A DNA stretch of 64,000 bases from Solirubrobacterales bacterium (GCA_035693065.1 DASSHE010000015.1:18814-82813), one strand, 5' to 3'. Numbered from the stretch's first letter, positions 17,422 to 25,000 are shown. The notes: generated by a model from the letters alone, not told the origin. Made by a program: numbers and translations.

Positions 17422-17823
17422 ATGCCCCCGCTCCAGCACCGCCATCCCTCGCGCGGCAGCCTCGCCCGCCGGCCGGCCTCTGCCCGGCAGGCCCAGGCGA
17501 TGCTGCCGCCGCCCCCTCCGGGGCCGAACCTCGGCGCCTTCGCCCAGCTCGGCGAGCTCCCGCAGGACGTCGTCGGGGCGGTCGTCGGGCAGCTGCGCAC
17601 CTCGCTGCTAGACGGGGCGACGGCGCTGCGCCTCGCCGGCCGCGGCCGCCAGCGCTACTTCGGCACCGAGATGCCGAGCCCGCAGCGGTTCACCGCACCC
17701 GCCAACGCCAACGACGAGGACTCGATCCGCGCCGGCGTCCGCTTCGCCGGCAACGCGCGGCGCACGGAGGGCAAGAACGCGAGCCGCGGCCTGCGCAGGG
17801 TCTCCCCGGGAGTGATGATCTAG
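17422..17823 (+). CDS. hypothetical virion-module protein (133 aa)
   Basis: ATG ORF abutting the next gene (stop 17821-17823, next ATG at 17824). No TM and no recognised motif. Confidence 0.5.
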   Translation: MPPLQHRHPSRGSLARRPASARQAQAMLPPPPPGPNLGAFAQLGELPQDVVGAVVGQLRTSLLDGATALRLAGRGRQRYFGTEMPSPQRFTAPANANDEDSIRAGVRFAGNARRTEGKNASRGLRRVSPGVMI

Positions 17824-18462
17824 ATGGCTGAGGCACCCGCCACCGGCAAGGGCCCGCTGAAGAAGCTGACGCCCAAACAGAAGCGCTACGCGATGGTCCT
17901 CGGCGCCGCCGCGGTCCTCGCGCTGATCTACCTGCTGCAGCGCCGCTCGGCGGCCCCCGCAGAAGGACAGAGCCCCAGCACCGCCGAAAGCGCCGGCGCC
18001 GGCTCCCCTTCCTACCCGGTCAGCGGTGGCGGCGGGACCGACCCCAGCGCCTTCATCGGCGCCCAGAGCGAACAGATCGGCAGCGCCCTGGGCGAAGTCA
18101 GCAGCGGGCTCGGTGAAGTCAGCGGCGGCCTCGGCGAAGTGATCGGCAGCAACGACCGGCTCGGCGTCCAGGTGGAAACCAACCTCGACGAAATCGGCGA
18201 AGCCCAGGCCCGGACGCTCGCGGCGCTCGGCAAGCAGGGCAAGAACATCACCGCTATCCGCAAAAAGCTCGCGAAGCCGCCGCGGCCGGTCAAAGGCAAG
18301 CCGGGGTCCGGCAAGCCCCATTCCAAGGCGCAGCCTCCCAAGCCGACGAAGGGCAAGCCGGGCTCCGGCAAGCCCCATTCAAAGCCTCAGCCTCCCAAGC
18401 CACAGCCGAGACCCAACCCCAGACCGCCGGCGCCAAAGGCGCCCAAGAAGAAAGGCAAGTAG
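17824..18462 (+). CDS. membrane-anchored repeat protein (212 aa)
   Basis: N-terminal TM is AMVLGAAAVLALIYLL. GEVS mini-repeats are followed by two 19-aa repeats KGKPGSGKPHSK(A/P)QPPKP and a Pro/Lys-rich tail. Confidence 0.65.
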   Translation: MAEAPATGKGPLKKLTPKQKRYAMVLGAAAVLALIYLLQRRSAAPAEGQSPSTAESAGAGSPSYPVSGGGGTDPSAFIGAQSEQIGSALGEVSSGLGEVSGGLGEVIGSNDRLGVQVETNLDEIGEAQARTLAALGKQGKNITAIRKKLAKPPRPVKGKPGSGKPHSKAQPPKPTKGKPGSGKPHSKPQPPKPQPRPNPRPPAPKAPKKKGK

Positions 18463-18963
18463 ATGAGTGAGGAAGCACAGATTTTCAACCAGGCGACCCA
18501 GCCGGCCGCCCCCGCACAGCAGACGGTGACGGCGACGCCGCCGGTGCAGCCGCCGGTCCAGATGCCGGCCGAGATCACTCCGCAGGCACCATCCGCGGCC
18601 GCCGAGGAAATGCCCGAGGAGTGGCCGGTCAAGGGCTACGCGGGTCCCCAGCCCTGGGAGGTCTCGCGGCCGCCGGCGCTCGCGCATGACCGCCGTCTCC
18701 TGATCTCCGGCTCCGCCGGCGACGAGGTCTTGGAGCTCTGCGCCTGCCTCGGCCGGCTCGGCTACGAAACCTCGGTCTCCCGCGGCGAGAACGCCCTCGC
18801 GGTATTCGGCGCCGCCGAGCGCACCGCGGTCGAGCGCTTCCGCGCCGACTACGGCGTGCAGGAGGACCCGGCGATCATCAGCGCCACGACCCCCGACGCC
18901 GTCGGGCCGTGGACCTGGGAGGCGCTTTTCCGCCTCGTCAACCGGGTCGAAGGAGGCGAGTAG
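18463..18963 (+). CDS. protein with C-terminal peptidoglycan-binding-like domain
   Basis: GDEVLELCACLGRLGY...FGAAERTAVERFRADYGVQEDPAI...VGPWTWEAL follows the PG_binding_1 pattern (G..V..LQ..L..LGY...FG..T..AV..FQ...G...DG.VG..T...L). Confidence 0.55.
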   Translation: MSEEAQIFNQATQPAAPAQQTVTATPPVQPPVQMPAEITPQAPSAAAEEMPEEWPVKGYAGPQPWEVSRPPALAHDRRLLISGSAGDEVLELCACLGRLGYETSVSRGENALAVFGAAERTAVERFRADYGVQEDPAIISATTPDAVGPWTWEALFRLVNRVEGGE

Positions 18964-18967
18964 GCGG

Positions 18968-19240
18968 ATGGACCGGCTGCCCGGGCCTCAGTTCAGCCCC
19001 CACGACCTCGCGCCGTGGTGGGCTGAGCCGAGCATGGACACCGACCGGCCGGTAGCGGTCGGTCGGGCCATGCCCGCATCGCACTTCCCCCTGCCCGGGT
19101 GGCCGGCCGCCTCGACCGTCGACTACCTGACCAAACTGATCCTGCTGGGGCTGCTGCTGCTGGCGCTGCCCTACCTGATCGGCAAGGCCCTGACCAGCCC
19201 CGGCACGGTGCTGGCGGTCGCTGGACGGGCGGCCAAGTGA
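18968..19240 (+). CDS. small membrane protein (90 aa)
   Basis: TM is LILLGLLLLALPYLI. The stop overlaps the next GTG (GTGA). Confidence 0.55.
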   Translation: MDRLPGPQFSPHDLAPWWAEPSMDTDRPVAVGRAMPASHFPLPGWPAASTVDYLTKLILLGLLLLALPYLIGKALTSPGTVLAVAGRAAK

Positions 19241-19809
19241 GCGTCCTCAGCGACGTCCAAATCGCCTGGTACATGCTCCGCGCGGGCTTCCCCGCGGACC
19301 CGCGGGTCCTGGCCGAAGGGATCGGCGTTGTGCGCGCCGAGAGCGGCGGCAACCCCAAGTCAGAGGTCCCCGGCAACGAACACATCGGGATGTGGGCTGA
19401 GTCCTCGGCCTTCGGGACCCGCGGCGAGCGCCTGGACCCGCTCGCCGCGACCAAAGCCGCCTACAAGCAGTGGCTCGCCGACGGCAAGAGCTTCTGGTCG
19501 GCCTGGGGCCGCTGGGAGTCCGAACAGGCCGGCCGCGACGGCGCGACCACCTGGCACGCCCACCTGGGAGCGGCGCGGCAGGCGCTCGCCGGATTCGGCT
19601 CCGCGCCGGGCTCGGGCGCCAGCACTCCCAAGAGCGCCTTCCGGCGGCCGGCGGCCGGCGAAGAAGGCAGCGGCGGACCCTCGGGATTCCTCGTCTTCCT
19701 GGTGAACGGCGTCCTGATCCTCGGTGGCGTCGCCCTGATGGCGTTCGGCGGTATGCGCGCGGTCGGCGCCGGCGGCGGTAAGACCGGGCTCGAGGGAGCG
19801 GCCGCGTGA
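19237..19809 (+). CDS. lytic-transglycosylase-like protein with C-terminal TM anchor
   Basis: GTG at 19237. GIGVVRAESGGNPKSEV...GMWAES resembles the lysozyme-like/SLT catalytic Glu-Ser region. C-terminal TM is FLVFLVNGVLILGGVALMAF. The architecture parallels PRD1 P7. Confidence 0.6.
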   Translation: MSVLSDVQIAWYMLRAGFPADPRVLAEGIGVVRAESGGNPKSEVPGNEHIGMWAESSAFGTRGERLDPLAATKAAYKQWLADGKSFWSAWGRWESEQAGRDGATTWHAHLGAARQALAGFGSAPGSGASTPKSAFRRPAAGEEGSGGPSGFLVFLVNGVLILGGVALMAFGGMRAVGAGGGKTGLEGAAA

Positions 19810-20558
19810 CTAGCTACGTCTACCCATTCGCATCCGGTGCTACTACGGGGCGCATTGATCAGGGTCAGGACTTCGGCGGCACTGGTCCGATCTACGCGAT
19901 CGGTAACGCGAGGATCACCAGCCTCGGTGCCCCGGGTTGGCCAGGCGGTCGCGGCATCCTCTACCAGCTGCTCGATGGCTCGCGTCGGGGTCAGTACGTC
20001 TTCGTCTACGAGGGGGTGCGCCCAAGCGTGCGGGTTGGACAGGTGGTGGGGGCCGGCCAGAGGATCGGATCGCTGATCCCGGGTAGCTCCACCGGAATCG
20101 AGATTGGCTTTGCCGACGCCAACGGCGTTCCCCTCTCCCACAGCGAATACACCGAGGGCAAGGAAACCGTCCGCGGTAAGGAAATGGCGCGATTTCTGGC
20201 TCACCTGAAGGCTGGTGGCGGAAAGACCGACTATGGCGGTGGTCCGATCGGATTCGCCAAGCAGTTCGTATTCGGTGATCCCCTCGAAGCCCTAGGGATC
20301 GGGTCGGGTCAGGGCCTCAAGCAGGACATCCTTGGGGTGGGGGGCCAAGCTGCGTCCACGGTCGGCGCCCAGGTGGTCGAATACATCGGAGGTCTCCTCG
20401 GCGAGAAGGCCGCGCCGATCCTCCTGACCATCGCCCTGGTCGTCGGCGGGGCCTTCCTCATCTACTTCGGCCTGGCCCGGGCAGTGGGGGTAGCGCAGCC
20501 CGTCGCCACCCCGCTCCGCGCCGTCCGCGCGGGCGCAATCGCGGGAGCCGCGGCATGA
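19806..20558 (+). CDS. M23/LytM-like beta-domain protein with C-terminal TM segments
   Basis: GRIDQGQDFGG..PIYAIGNARI...VRVGQVVGAGQRIGSL...GIEIGFA follows the M23 fold pattern. I could not see the canonical HxxxD/HxH zinc ligands. TM is ILLTIALVVGGAFLIYF. Confidence 0.55.
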   Translation: MTSYVYPFASGATTGRIDQGQDFGGTGPIYAIGNARITSLGAPGWPGGRGILYQLLDGSRRGQYVFVYEGVRPSVRVGQVVGAGQRIGSLIPGSSTGIEIGFADANGVPLSHSEYTEGKETVRGKEMARFLAHLKAGGGKTDYGGGPIGFAKQFVFGDPLEALGIGSGQGLKQDILGVGGQAASTVGAQVVEYIGGLLGEKAAPILLTIALVVGGAFLIYFGLARAVGVAQPVATPLRAVRAGAIAGAAA

Positions 20559-20977
20559 ACGATCGCCTGCCCCAACACCCCGACGACCCGACCGCAGCCA
20601 AGCTCGCCCGCATCGAGCAGCTGCTCGCCGACATGCGAGCCGAGCAGTGCCGCGGCAACGCGCCAGCGCAGCTGCACGCGATCACCTTCGAAGGCGCCGC
20701 CAAGAAGTACATCCGCCGCAGCGAGCACCCGCCCGCGGCGCTGTCGATCGGGATCGTCAACCCCGTCGAACTGAGCATCTACGTCGGCCTCTCCGGCGAG
20801 CGGGCCGCGCCGAACAGCCGCGCCTTCGTCGTGCCGCCGAAGTCGGCGATGGTCGTCCCGGTCGCCGTGGACAAGTTCGAGCTCGGCGTGGATCCCACCG
20901 TCCTGGGCGAAGAATCGGCGACGATCTTCCTGCTGCGCTTCGACACGGTGCAGCCGTTCTTCCTGGGGTCGATGTGA
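20555..20977 (+). CDS. small beta-rich protein (140 aa), penton/vertex candidate
   Basis: N-terminal helix followed by ~100 aa of alternating hydrophobic strands (ALSIGIVNPVELSIYVGL...MVVPVAVDKFELGV...IFLLRF). Size fits single jelly-roll penton proteins. Weak inference. Confidence 0.4.
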   Translation: MNDRLPQHPDDPTAAKLARIEQLLADMRAEQCRGNAPAQLHAITFEGAAKKYIRRSEHPPAALSIGIVNPVELSIYVGLSGERAAPNSRAFVVPPKSAMVVPVAVDKFELGVDPTVLGEESATIFLLRFDTVQPFFLGSM

Positions 20978-21672
20978 GCGATCTCGCGAGCTGGAGCTCG
21001 GCGCCGGCGGCTCCCACCCTCGCCACGATCTTCGTCGGCGACGGCAGCACCAACAACGTCAAACAGTTCGTCGAAGAACAGGCGCCGGCCGAACGGATCA
21101 AAGTCGTTGAGGAAGTCGTCGGCAAAGGCGCCCTGGTGCTGCAGTTCGAAGTGCGCGAAGGCGACCCCGAAATCGCCGCCGGCCACCGCTCCGAGCTCGT
21201 CTCCGGAAAGACCTTCCGCCACGGCGACCACCTCTTCTTCGGCTTCGGCGTCAAGCGCGAAGAAGGCGACAACACCCCGGGGCACTGGCAGATGTTCTTC
21301 CAGTTGCACGACCAGAGCGGGGGCTCGCCGCCGCTGTGCCTGCAGTACTTCAAATCCGGCGGCAAGGTCTGGGCGTGGCTCGGCTCGGGCGACGGCACCA
21401 AGGAATACTGGGAAGGCGAAGTCGGCGAAGAAGGCAAAGCCTGGGTCGACCTGCTGATCCGCCTCAAGGTTGGCACCACCGACGGTGAAATCGAAGTGTG
21501 GCGGGACAAGGTCCTGCAGAAGCTGATCGGCGGGGGCACGGTCAAGCGCGGCCAGAACACCGAGGGCGTCGCGCCGCTCTACGACAAGATCGGCATCTAC
21601 CGCACCGGCGCCTCGGTCGGCACCACCAAAACCCGGATGCGTAACTACTTCATCGCCAGGGTGCTGCCGTGA
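20974..21672 (+). CDS. polysaccharide-lyase-like / ConA-like jelly-roll protein (spike or receptor-binding/depolymerase candidate)
   Basis: GTG at 20974 (GTGA overlap). HRSELVSGKTF..GDHLFFGF...WQMFFQLHD...PPLCLQY...WVDLLIRLKVGTTDGEIEVWRD...LYDKIGIYR matches the Polysacc_lyase (PF14099-type) pattern. Confidence 0.55.
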   Translation: MSDLASWSSAPAAPTLATIFVGDGSTNNVKQFVEEQAPAERIKVVEEVVGKGALVLQFEVREGDPEIAAGHRSELVSGKTFRHGDHLFFGFGVKREEGDNTPGHWQMFFQLHDQSGGSPPLCLQYFKSGGKVWAWLGSGDGTKEYWEGEVGEEGKAWVDLLIRLKVGTTDGEIEVWRDKVLQKLIGGGTVKRGQNTEGVAPLYDKIGIYRTGASVGTTKTRMRNYFIARVLP

Positions 21673-21992
21673 GCGCCGCCATGAACAACGTCCAGGCGCC
21701 GGACACCTACACCACCGCGGCGACCCTCACCTGCCCCGGCACCGCCCGGGTGCGGCTGCAGATCAACAACCAGGCGATCTACTGGCAGCGCGGCTACAGC
21801 TCCCCCGGCGGCGGCGGGATCGAATGGCAGCCCGAAGAGATGCTGCTGCCGATCACCGCGAGCCTCGACGAGCGCTGCGACGCGATCCGCATCCGCGCCG
21901 CGGTGCCGTTGGCCAAACTCCCGGCCGGCTCCGAACAGGCCCGGGTGACTATCGGCACCCGTACCGCCGCCGAGATCGGCGAAGCGGCATGA
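21669..21992 (+). CDS. small beta-rich hypothetical protein (107 aa)
   Basis: GTGA-coupled start and ATGA-coupled stop. No recognised motif. Confidence 0.5.
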   Translation: MSAAMNNVQAPDTYTTAATLTCPGTARVRLQINNQAIYWQRGYSSPGGGGIEWQPEEMLLPITASLDERCDAIRIRAAVPLAKLPAGSEQARVTIGTRTAAEIGEAA

Positions 21993-22690
21993 GCGACGCG
22001 CTGACCCCCAGCTTCATCACGGTCGACGCCGCCGGCAACGTCGGCGCGATCTTCCCGGGGACGATCGTCGCGGGCAACATCAAAGTCGGCGACCTCTCCG
22101 AGATATCCCCGGCGCTGGGCGAAATCACCAGCGGCCTGATCGAAGGAACCACGATCCGCGGTTCGGTGTTTGAAACCAACGCCGAATCCGGCAACAACCT
22201 GGTGATCAACAACAACGGGATCACGCTGCAGGCATCCGGCGAAGCCGTCCCCAAAATCCTCAGCACGATCAAGTGGGAAAAGTCGGGGTCGATCACCGGG
22301 CAAGTCTGGACCTCTGCGCAGGCTTCCAACGACCTGCGGGTGAAGGTGAAGGGCGCCAAAGAAGGCCCCGACGTCGAACGGACGATCATCAACAACCTCG
22401 GCTGGTCGAGCTTCCTGCAGCTGGCCAAACTCCAGGCGGCAAAGGTCGAATTCGGCGCGGGTAACTGCGGCTGGAACGCCGGCGCCCACCTCAGCAACAC
22501 CACGGTCGTCGAACACGGCCTTGGCGCGGTTCCGCGCCTGGTCCTCGTGTCCCCCTATCAGTCCGAAGGCGAAACCCACATCGCGATCTTCAACGCCTTC
22601 GCCTACACCGAAACCACCTTTAGCGTCAACGGCTACTGGCCCGGCATCGGGCCTGGAAATAACGGGTTCAAATGGATGGCGATCGTCTAG
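21989..22690 (+). CDS. spike/fibre-like protein (233 aa)
   Basis: ATG at 21989 (internal to listed ORF 21824..22690). Gly/Asn/Thr/Ser-rich beta-type sequence (GNNLVINNNGITLQASG..). Its position follows the lyase-like protein. Confidence 0.5.
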   Translation: MSDALTPSFITVDAAGNVGAIFPGTIVAGNIKVGDLSEISPALGEITSGLIEGTTIRGSVFETNAESGNNLVINNNGITLQASGEAVPKILSTIKWEKSGSITGQVWTSAQASNDLRVKVKGAKEGPDVERTIINNLGWSSFLQLAKLQAAKVEFGAGNCGWNAGAHLSNTTVVEHGLGAVPRLVLVSPYQSEGETHIAIFNAFAYTETTFSVNGYWPGIGPGNNGFKWMAIV

Positions 22691-22872
22691 CCGGGCAGCC
22701 ACCGGCCGAGCCCGCCGCGGCCGACGGGATCCTGATCAGCCTCCAGCGCGACGGCGACCAGGTGCAGCTTGACGTCACCAGCCTGGGCGACGTCCGCGTC
22801 ACCGAGCTCCCAGCGCTCCTCGGCCTCGCCCGCAAGCTCTCCGAAGACCGCCTCGGCATCGGGAGGGGGTGA
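22672..22872 (+). CDS. hypothetical protein (66 aa)
   Basis: ORF overlaps the previous stop by 19 nt. Acidic. Confidence 0.4.
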   Translation: MDGDRLAGQPPAEPAAADGILISLQRDGDQVQLDVTSLGDVRVTELPALLGLARKLSEDRLGIGRG

Positions 22873-22877
22873 GTCAA

Positions 22878-22970
22878 GTGAAGCCCAAGGGCCACAAGAA
22901 GTCCTGCCCCTGCCCCGTCTGCCGCAAGAGCCGGCGCCGCCGCAAGAGCCGTCGTCGCCGCAAGCGCTGA
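22878..22970 (+). CDS. 30-aa Arg/Lys-rich peptide with CPCPVC motif
   Basis: GTG follows GGGAGGGGG. VKPKGHKKSCPCPVCRKSRRRRKSRRRRKR. Below the ORF-track cutoff, my own translation. Confidence 0.35.
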   Translation: MKPKGHKKSCPCPVCRKSRRRRKSRRRRKR

Positions 22971-23025
22971 CCCCGTACTCGAGTCGAGTCTTACCGCCGT
23001 CGACCACGGCGCCGAAAGGAAGCAA

Positions 23026-23370
23026 ATGAACCCCTATCCGCCCAAGCGCCTCGCCGTCGTCCTGGTCGGCCTGCTCGCGCCTTTGATCATGGCCTTCTCG
23101 ACCGTCGTCGCCAACGAGGCCCAGACGCTCCTGCACCTGCACCTCGCCGGCGATGCCCTGGCCGCCTATCTCTCCACCTTCCTGATCGCGGTCGGCGCCG
23201 TCCTCTTCCGCCTTCTGGAGCACGAGGCGTCGCGGTTCCTGCACGGCCTGGTGCAGCTGCTCCTCAAGTCCTCGGCGTCCATGCCGATCCCCCAAGCCTC
23301 GCCCGGTCCTCCCCCACCGCCACCGCCCGGGCCGACCGCCGTGGTCCCGCCGACCCCGCCGAGCGCATGA
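23026..23370 (+). CDS. holin-like membrane protein (114 aa)
   Basis: AAAGGAAG ribosome-binding site. Two TM helices (LAVVLVGLLAPLIMAFSTVV, AAYLSTFLIAVGAVLFRLL) and a Pro-rich tail. Immediately precedes the hydrolase-like gene with an ATGA overlap. Confidence 0.55.
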   Translation: MNPYPPKRLAVVLVGLLAPLIMAFSTVVANEAQTLLHLHLAGDALAAYLSTFLIAVGAVLFRLLEHEASRFLHGLVQLLLKSSASMPIPQASPGPPPPPPPGPTAVVPPTPPSA

Positions 23371-23984
23371 GCGTCCGCGAGCGGATCAAGAAGCTGCGCT
23401 ACCACCTGGCGCTGGGCAGGAAGCGGATCGCGCGGATCGTCGGCTTCAACACCCGCCGCCGCCGTGCGATCAAGCGGCTGCGCGACGAGCTCGGCTCCCG
23501 GGTGATGTTCGACTCGGTGACGATCGAGGAGATCCCCAAGAACGCCGACGCCGTCGCCGGCTACACCGGCGGCAACTGGCCGACCTACTGGGAGCTGGTC
23601 AAGAGGTTCCCCCACGCCTCGGTGCTCGACATCGCGATCGCGGCCTCCTACGACGCCACCTGTCTCGATATCGAGTCCGGCGACGCCTCCCCGGAGGAGG
23701 CTCCGTCCTGGGTGCGGCGCCAGCAGGCCCGCGGGGTCAAGCGCCCGGTCGTCTACACCAGCGCCTCGCAGATGGACGAGCTCCTGGCCCTGCTCCGGCG
23801 AGCCGGGATCGGCCGCCACGAGGTGCGGGTCTGGACGGCCCACTACACCTTCGCGCCGCACCTCTGCGGTCCACACACCTGTGGGGAAGTCCAGAGCACC
23901 ACGGCCGACGCCACCCAGTGGACCGACCAGGCGCTGGGGCGTAACCTCGACCAGAGCCTCTTGCATGAGGGCTTCTTCGGCTGA
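23367..23984 (+). CDS. endolysin candidate, Rv2525c-like/DUF1906 (GH25-related TIM-barrel-like) domain
   Basis: AVAGYTGGNWPTY...ASVLDIAI...CLDIESGDA...PVVYTSASQ...VWTAHY...ATQWTD resembles the glycoside-hydrolase-like DUF1906 family. Confidence 0.5.
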   Translation: MSVRERIKKLRYHLALGRKRIARIVGFNTRRRRAIKRLRDELGSRVMFDSVTIEEIPKNADAVAGYTGGNWPTYWELVKRFPHASVLDIAIAASYDATCLDIESGDASPEEAPSWVRRQQARGVKRPVVYTSASQMDELLALLRRAGIGRHEVRVWTAHYTFAPHLCGPHTCGEVQSTTADATQWTDQALGRNLDQSLLHEGFFG

Positions 23985-23988
23985 GCCG

Positions 23989-24228
23989 GTGGGAGGCGAA
24001 GGAATCATTGCCGCCGCCGTCGGCGCGCTCGCCGGCGGCGGCGGCGTGCGCGCCCTGGGGCGCTTCATCGGCCCCCAGCACCGCGCCGACGTCGCCGAGT
24101 ACTACCGGGAGGTGATCGAAGGTCTCGTCGAGGAAAACCGCGAACTGCGGGCCGAGCTCGCGGGCATCCGCCGGCGGATCACCGACCTGGAGCTGGCCCA
24201 GGACGACCCCCCGCCCCACCTCGGCTGA
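23989..24228 (+). CDS. small TM plus coiled-coil protein (79 aa), lysis accessory candidate
   Basis: GTG at 23989. Hydrophobic N-terminus is GIIAAAVGALAGGGGV, followed by the heptad-like EVIEGLVEENRELRAELAGIRRRITDLELA. Confidence 0.45.
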   Translation: MGGEGIIAAAVGALAGGGGVRALGRFIGPQHRADVAEYYREVIEGLVEENRELRAELAGIRRRITDLELAQDDPPPHLG

Positions 24229-24254
24229 GAAACGGCCCTCTGAGAGCCGTTCTC
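24227..24254 (+). terminator. stem-loop at the end of the rightward late operon
   Basis: GAGAAACGGC-cctctgaga-GCCGTTCTC forms a 9-bp stem with one bulge and overlaps the stop codon. No T-tract follows. Confidence 0.4.
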
Positions 24255-24293
24255 GCGGCCTTCGAGCGGTGCCCGCTGGTGATCCGTCGCGGG

Positions 24294-24415
24294 CTTCTGG
24301 CCAGAAGTAAGACGCCGACGTCGGCGGGGCGCCCTCGGCCGAAAGCACCCCGCCGACGTCGGCGGTCTTACCTGGATCCGGGTCTTACCGCGCCGACGTC
24401 GACGCGGTAAGACCC
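24294..24415. promoter_or_regulatory. cluster of nested palindromes carrying four GTAAGAC half-sites (operator/iteron/bidirectional-terminator candidate)
   Basis: CTTCTGGCCAGAAG lies at 24294-24307. GTAAGACgCCGACGTCGGCGGGG (24307-24329) pairs with CCCCGCCGACGTCGGCgGTCTTAC (24348-24371). A 36-nt near-perfect palindrome GGGTCTTACCGCG...CGCGGTAAGACCC lies at 24380-24415. Confidence 0.6.
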
Positions 24416-24428
24416 GGAGATCCCCCAC

Positions 24429-24635
24429 CTACTTCTTCTTCGGCACCTTGGCGTCGCGGATTGCCTGGCGCAACACTTCGCTGCGCTTTCGCGGCGTGCC
24501 GCGGTAGTGGTAGTGGTAACCCATTGGCACCCCGTATTCGGCTTCGGCGAGTTCGTCGAGCTTCGCCAGGTCCTCGTCGCTGAGCTTGACCGAGATCGTC
24601 GTGCGCCGGCCGTTCCAGGTCTCCTGCGGCATCAC
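24429..24635 (-). CDS. ribbon-helix-helix (CopG/Arc/MetJ-type) DNA-binding protein
   Basis: 68 aa. RRTTISVKLSDEDLAKLDELAEAE...RSEVLRQAIRDA fits a beta-strand plus two helices. Flanked on both sides by GTAAGAC palindromes. Confidence 0.6.
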   Translation of the reverse strand: MMPQETWNGRRTTISVKLSDEDLAKLDELAEAEYGVPMGYHYHYRGTPRKRSEVLRQAIRDAKVPKKK

Positions 24636-25000
24636 CGACCTCCAGCTGCAGACTGGTAAGACCCGTCGCGATCGCGACGGGTCTTACTCGCCGCCGGCGG
24701 GCGGTAAGACCCGCCTCGACGAGCAGGGCACGGCACCACCCGCGGCGGCGAGCCCAGGACGTGGAGGACGACGTAGCAGCGGTGCCGCGACCACAGGGTC
24801 CCGGCCTGCGTGCTCGGCGCCCGGACGCCGACGATGAGCACCACGGCGAGGACGATCGCCGCGGCGCGGCGCTCCAGCTGCTTGCGCGCCTTCGTGGCTT
24901 GCACAATTTCGGCGCGACGGCCCTGCCCTCGCTCCCGTTGCTTCTTGTGGAAGTACTGCACGAGGAAGGGCCTCGGGTATCCCTGCGGTGCATCAGCCAT
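24632..25000 (-). CDS. hypothetical small membrane protein (122 aa as ORF; C-terminal third doubtful)
   Basis: ATG at 25000 (MADAPQGYP...) with TM AAAIVLAVVLIVGV. The distal part is Arg-rich and is encoded by the palindrome region, so the real product may be shorter or the region non-coding. Confidence 0.4.
   Translation of the reverse strand: MADAPQGYPRPFLVQYFHKKQRERGQGRRAEIVQATKARKQLERRAAAIVLAVVLIVGVRAPSTQAGTLWSRHRCYVVLHVLGSPPRVVPCPARRGGSYRPPAASKTRRDRDGSYQSAAGGR
24656..24712. promoter_or_regulatory. perfect 32-nt palindrome GTAAGACCCGTCGCGATCGCGACGGGTCTTAC plus one more GGTAAGACC copy, just upstream of the RHH gene
   Basis: Palindrome at 24656-24687 and extra half-site at 24704-24710. Located 21 nt upstream of the RHH start codon. 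Confidence 0.6.

Noticed and set aside
17824-18462. Tape-measure-like protein, because of its repeats and coiled regions.
   Set aside because: It is only 212 aa, has an N-terminal TM anchor and lies within a module of membrane proteins. No other tail genes are present.
24294-24712. Possible CRISPR array, because of the repeated GTAAGAC-containing units.
   Set aside because: The repeats are palindromic and in both orientations, irregularly spaced and of unequal length, and they surround a protein gene. There is no direct-repeat/spacer periodicity and there are no cas genes.
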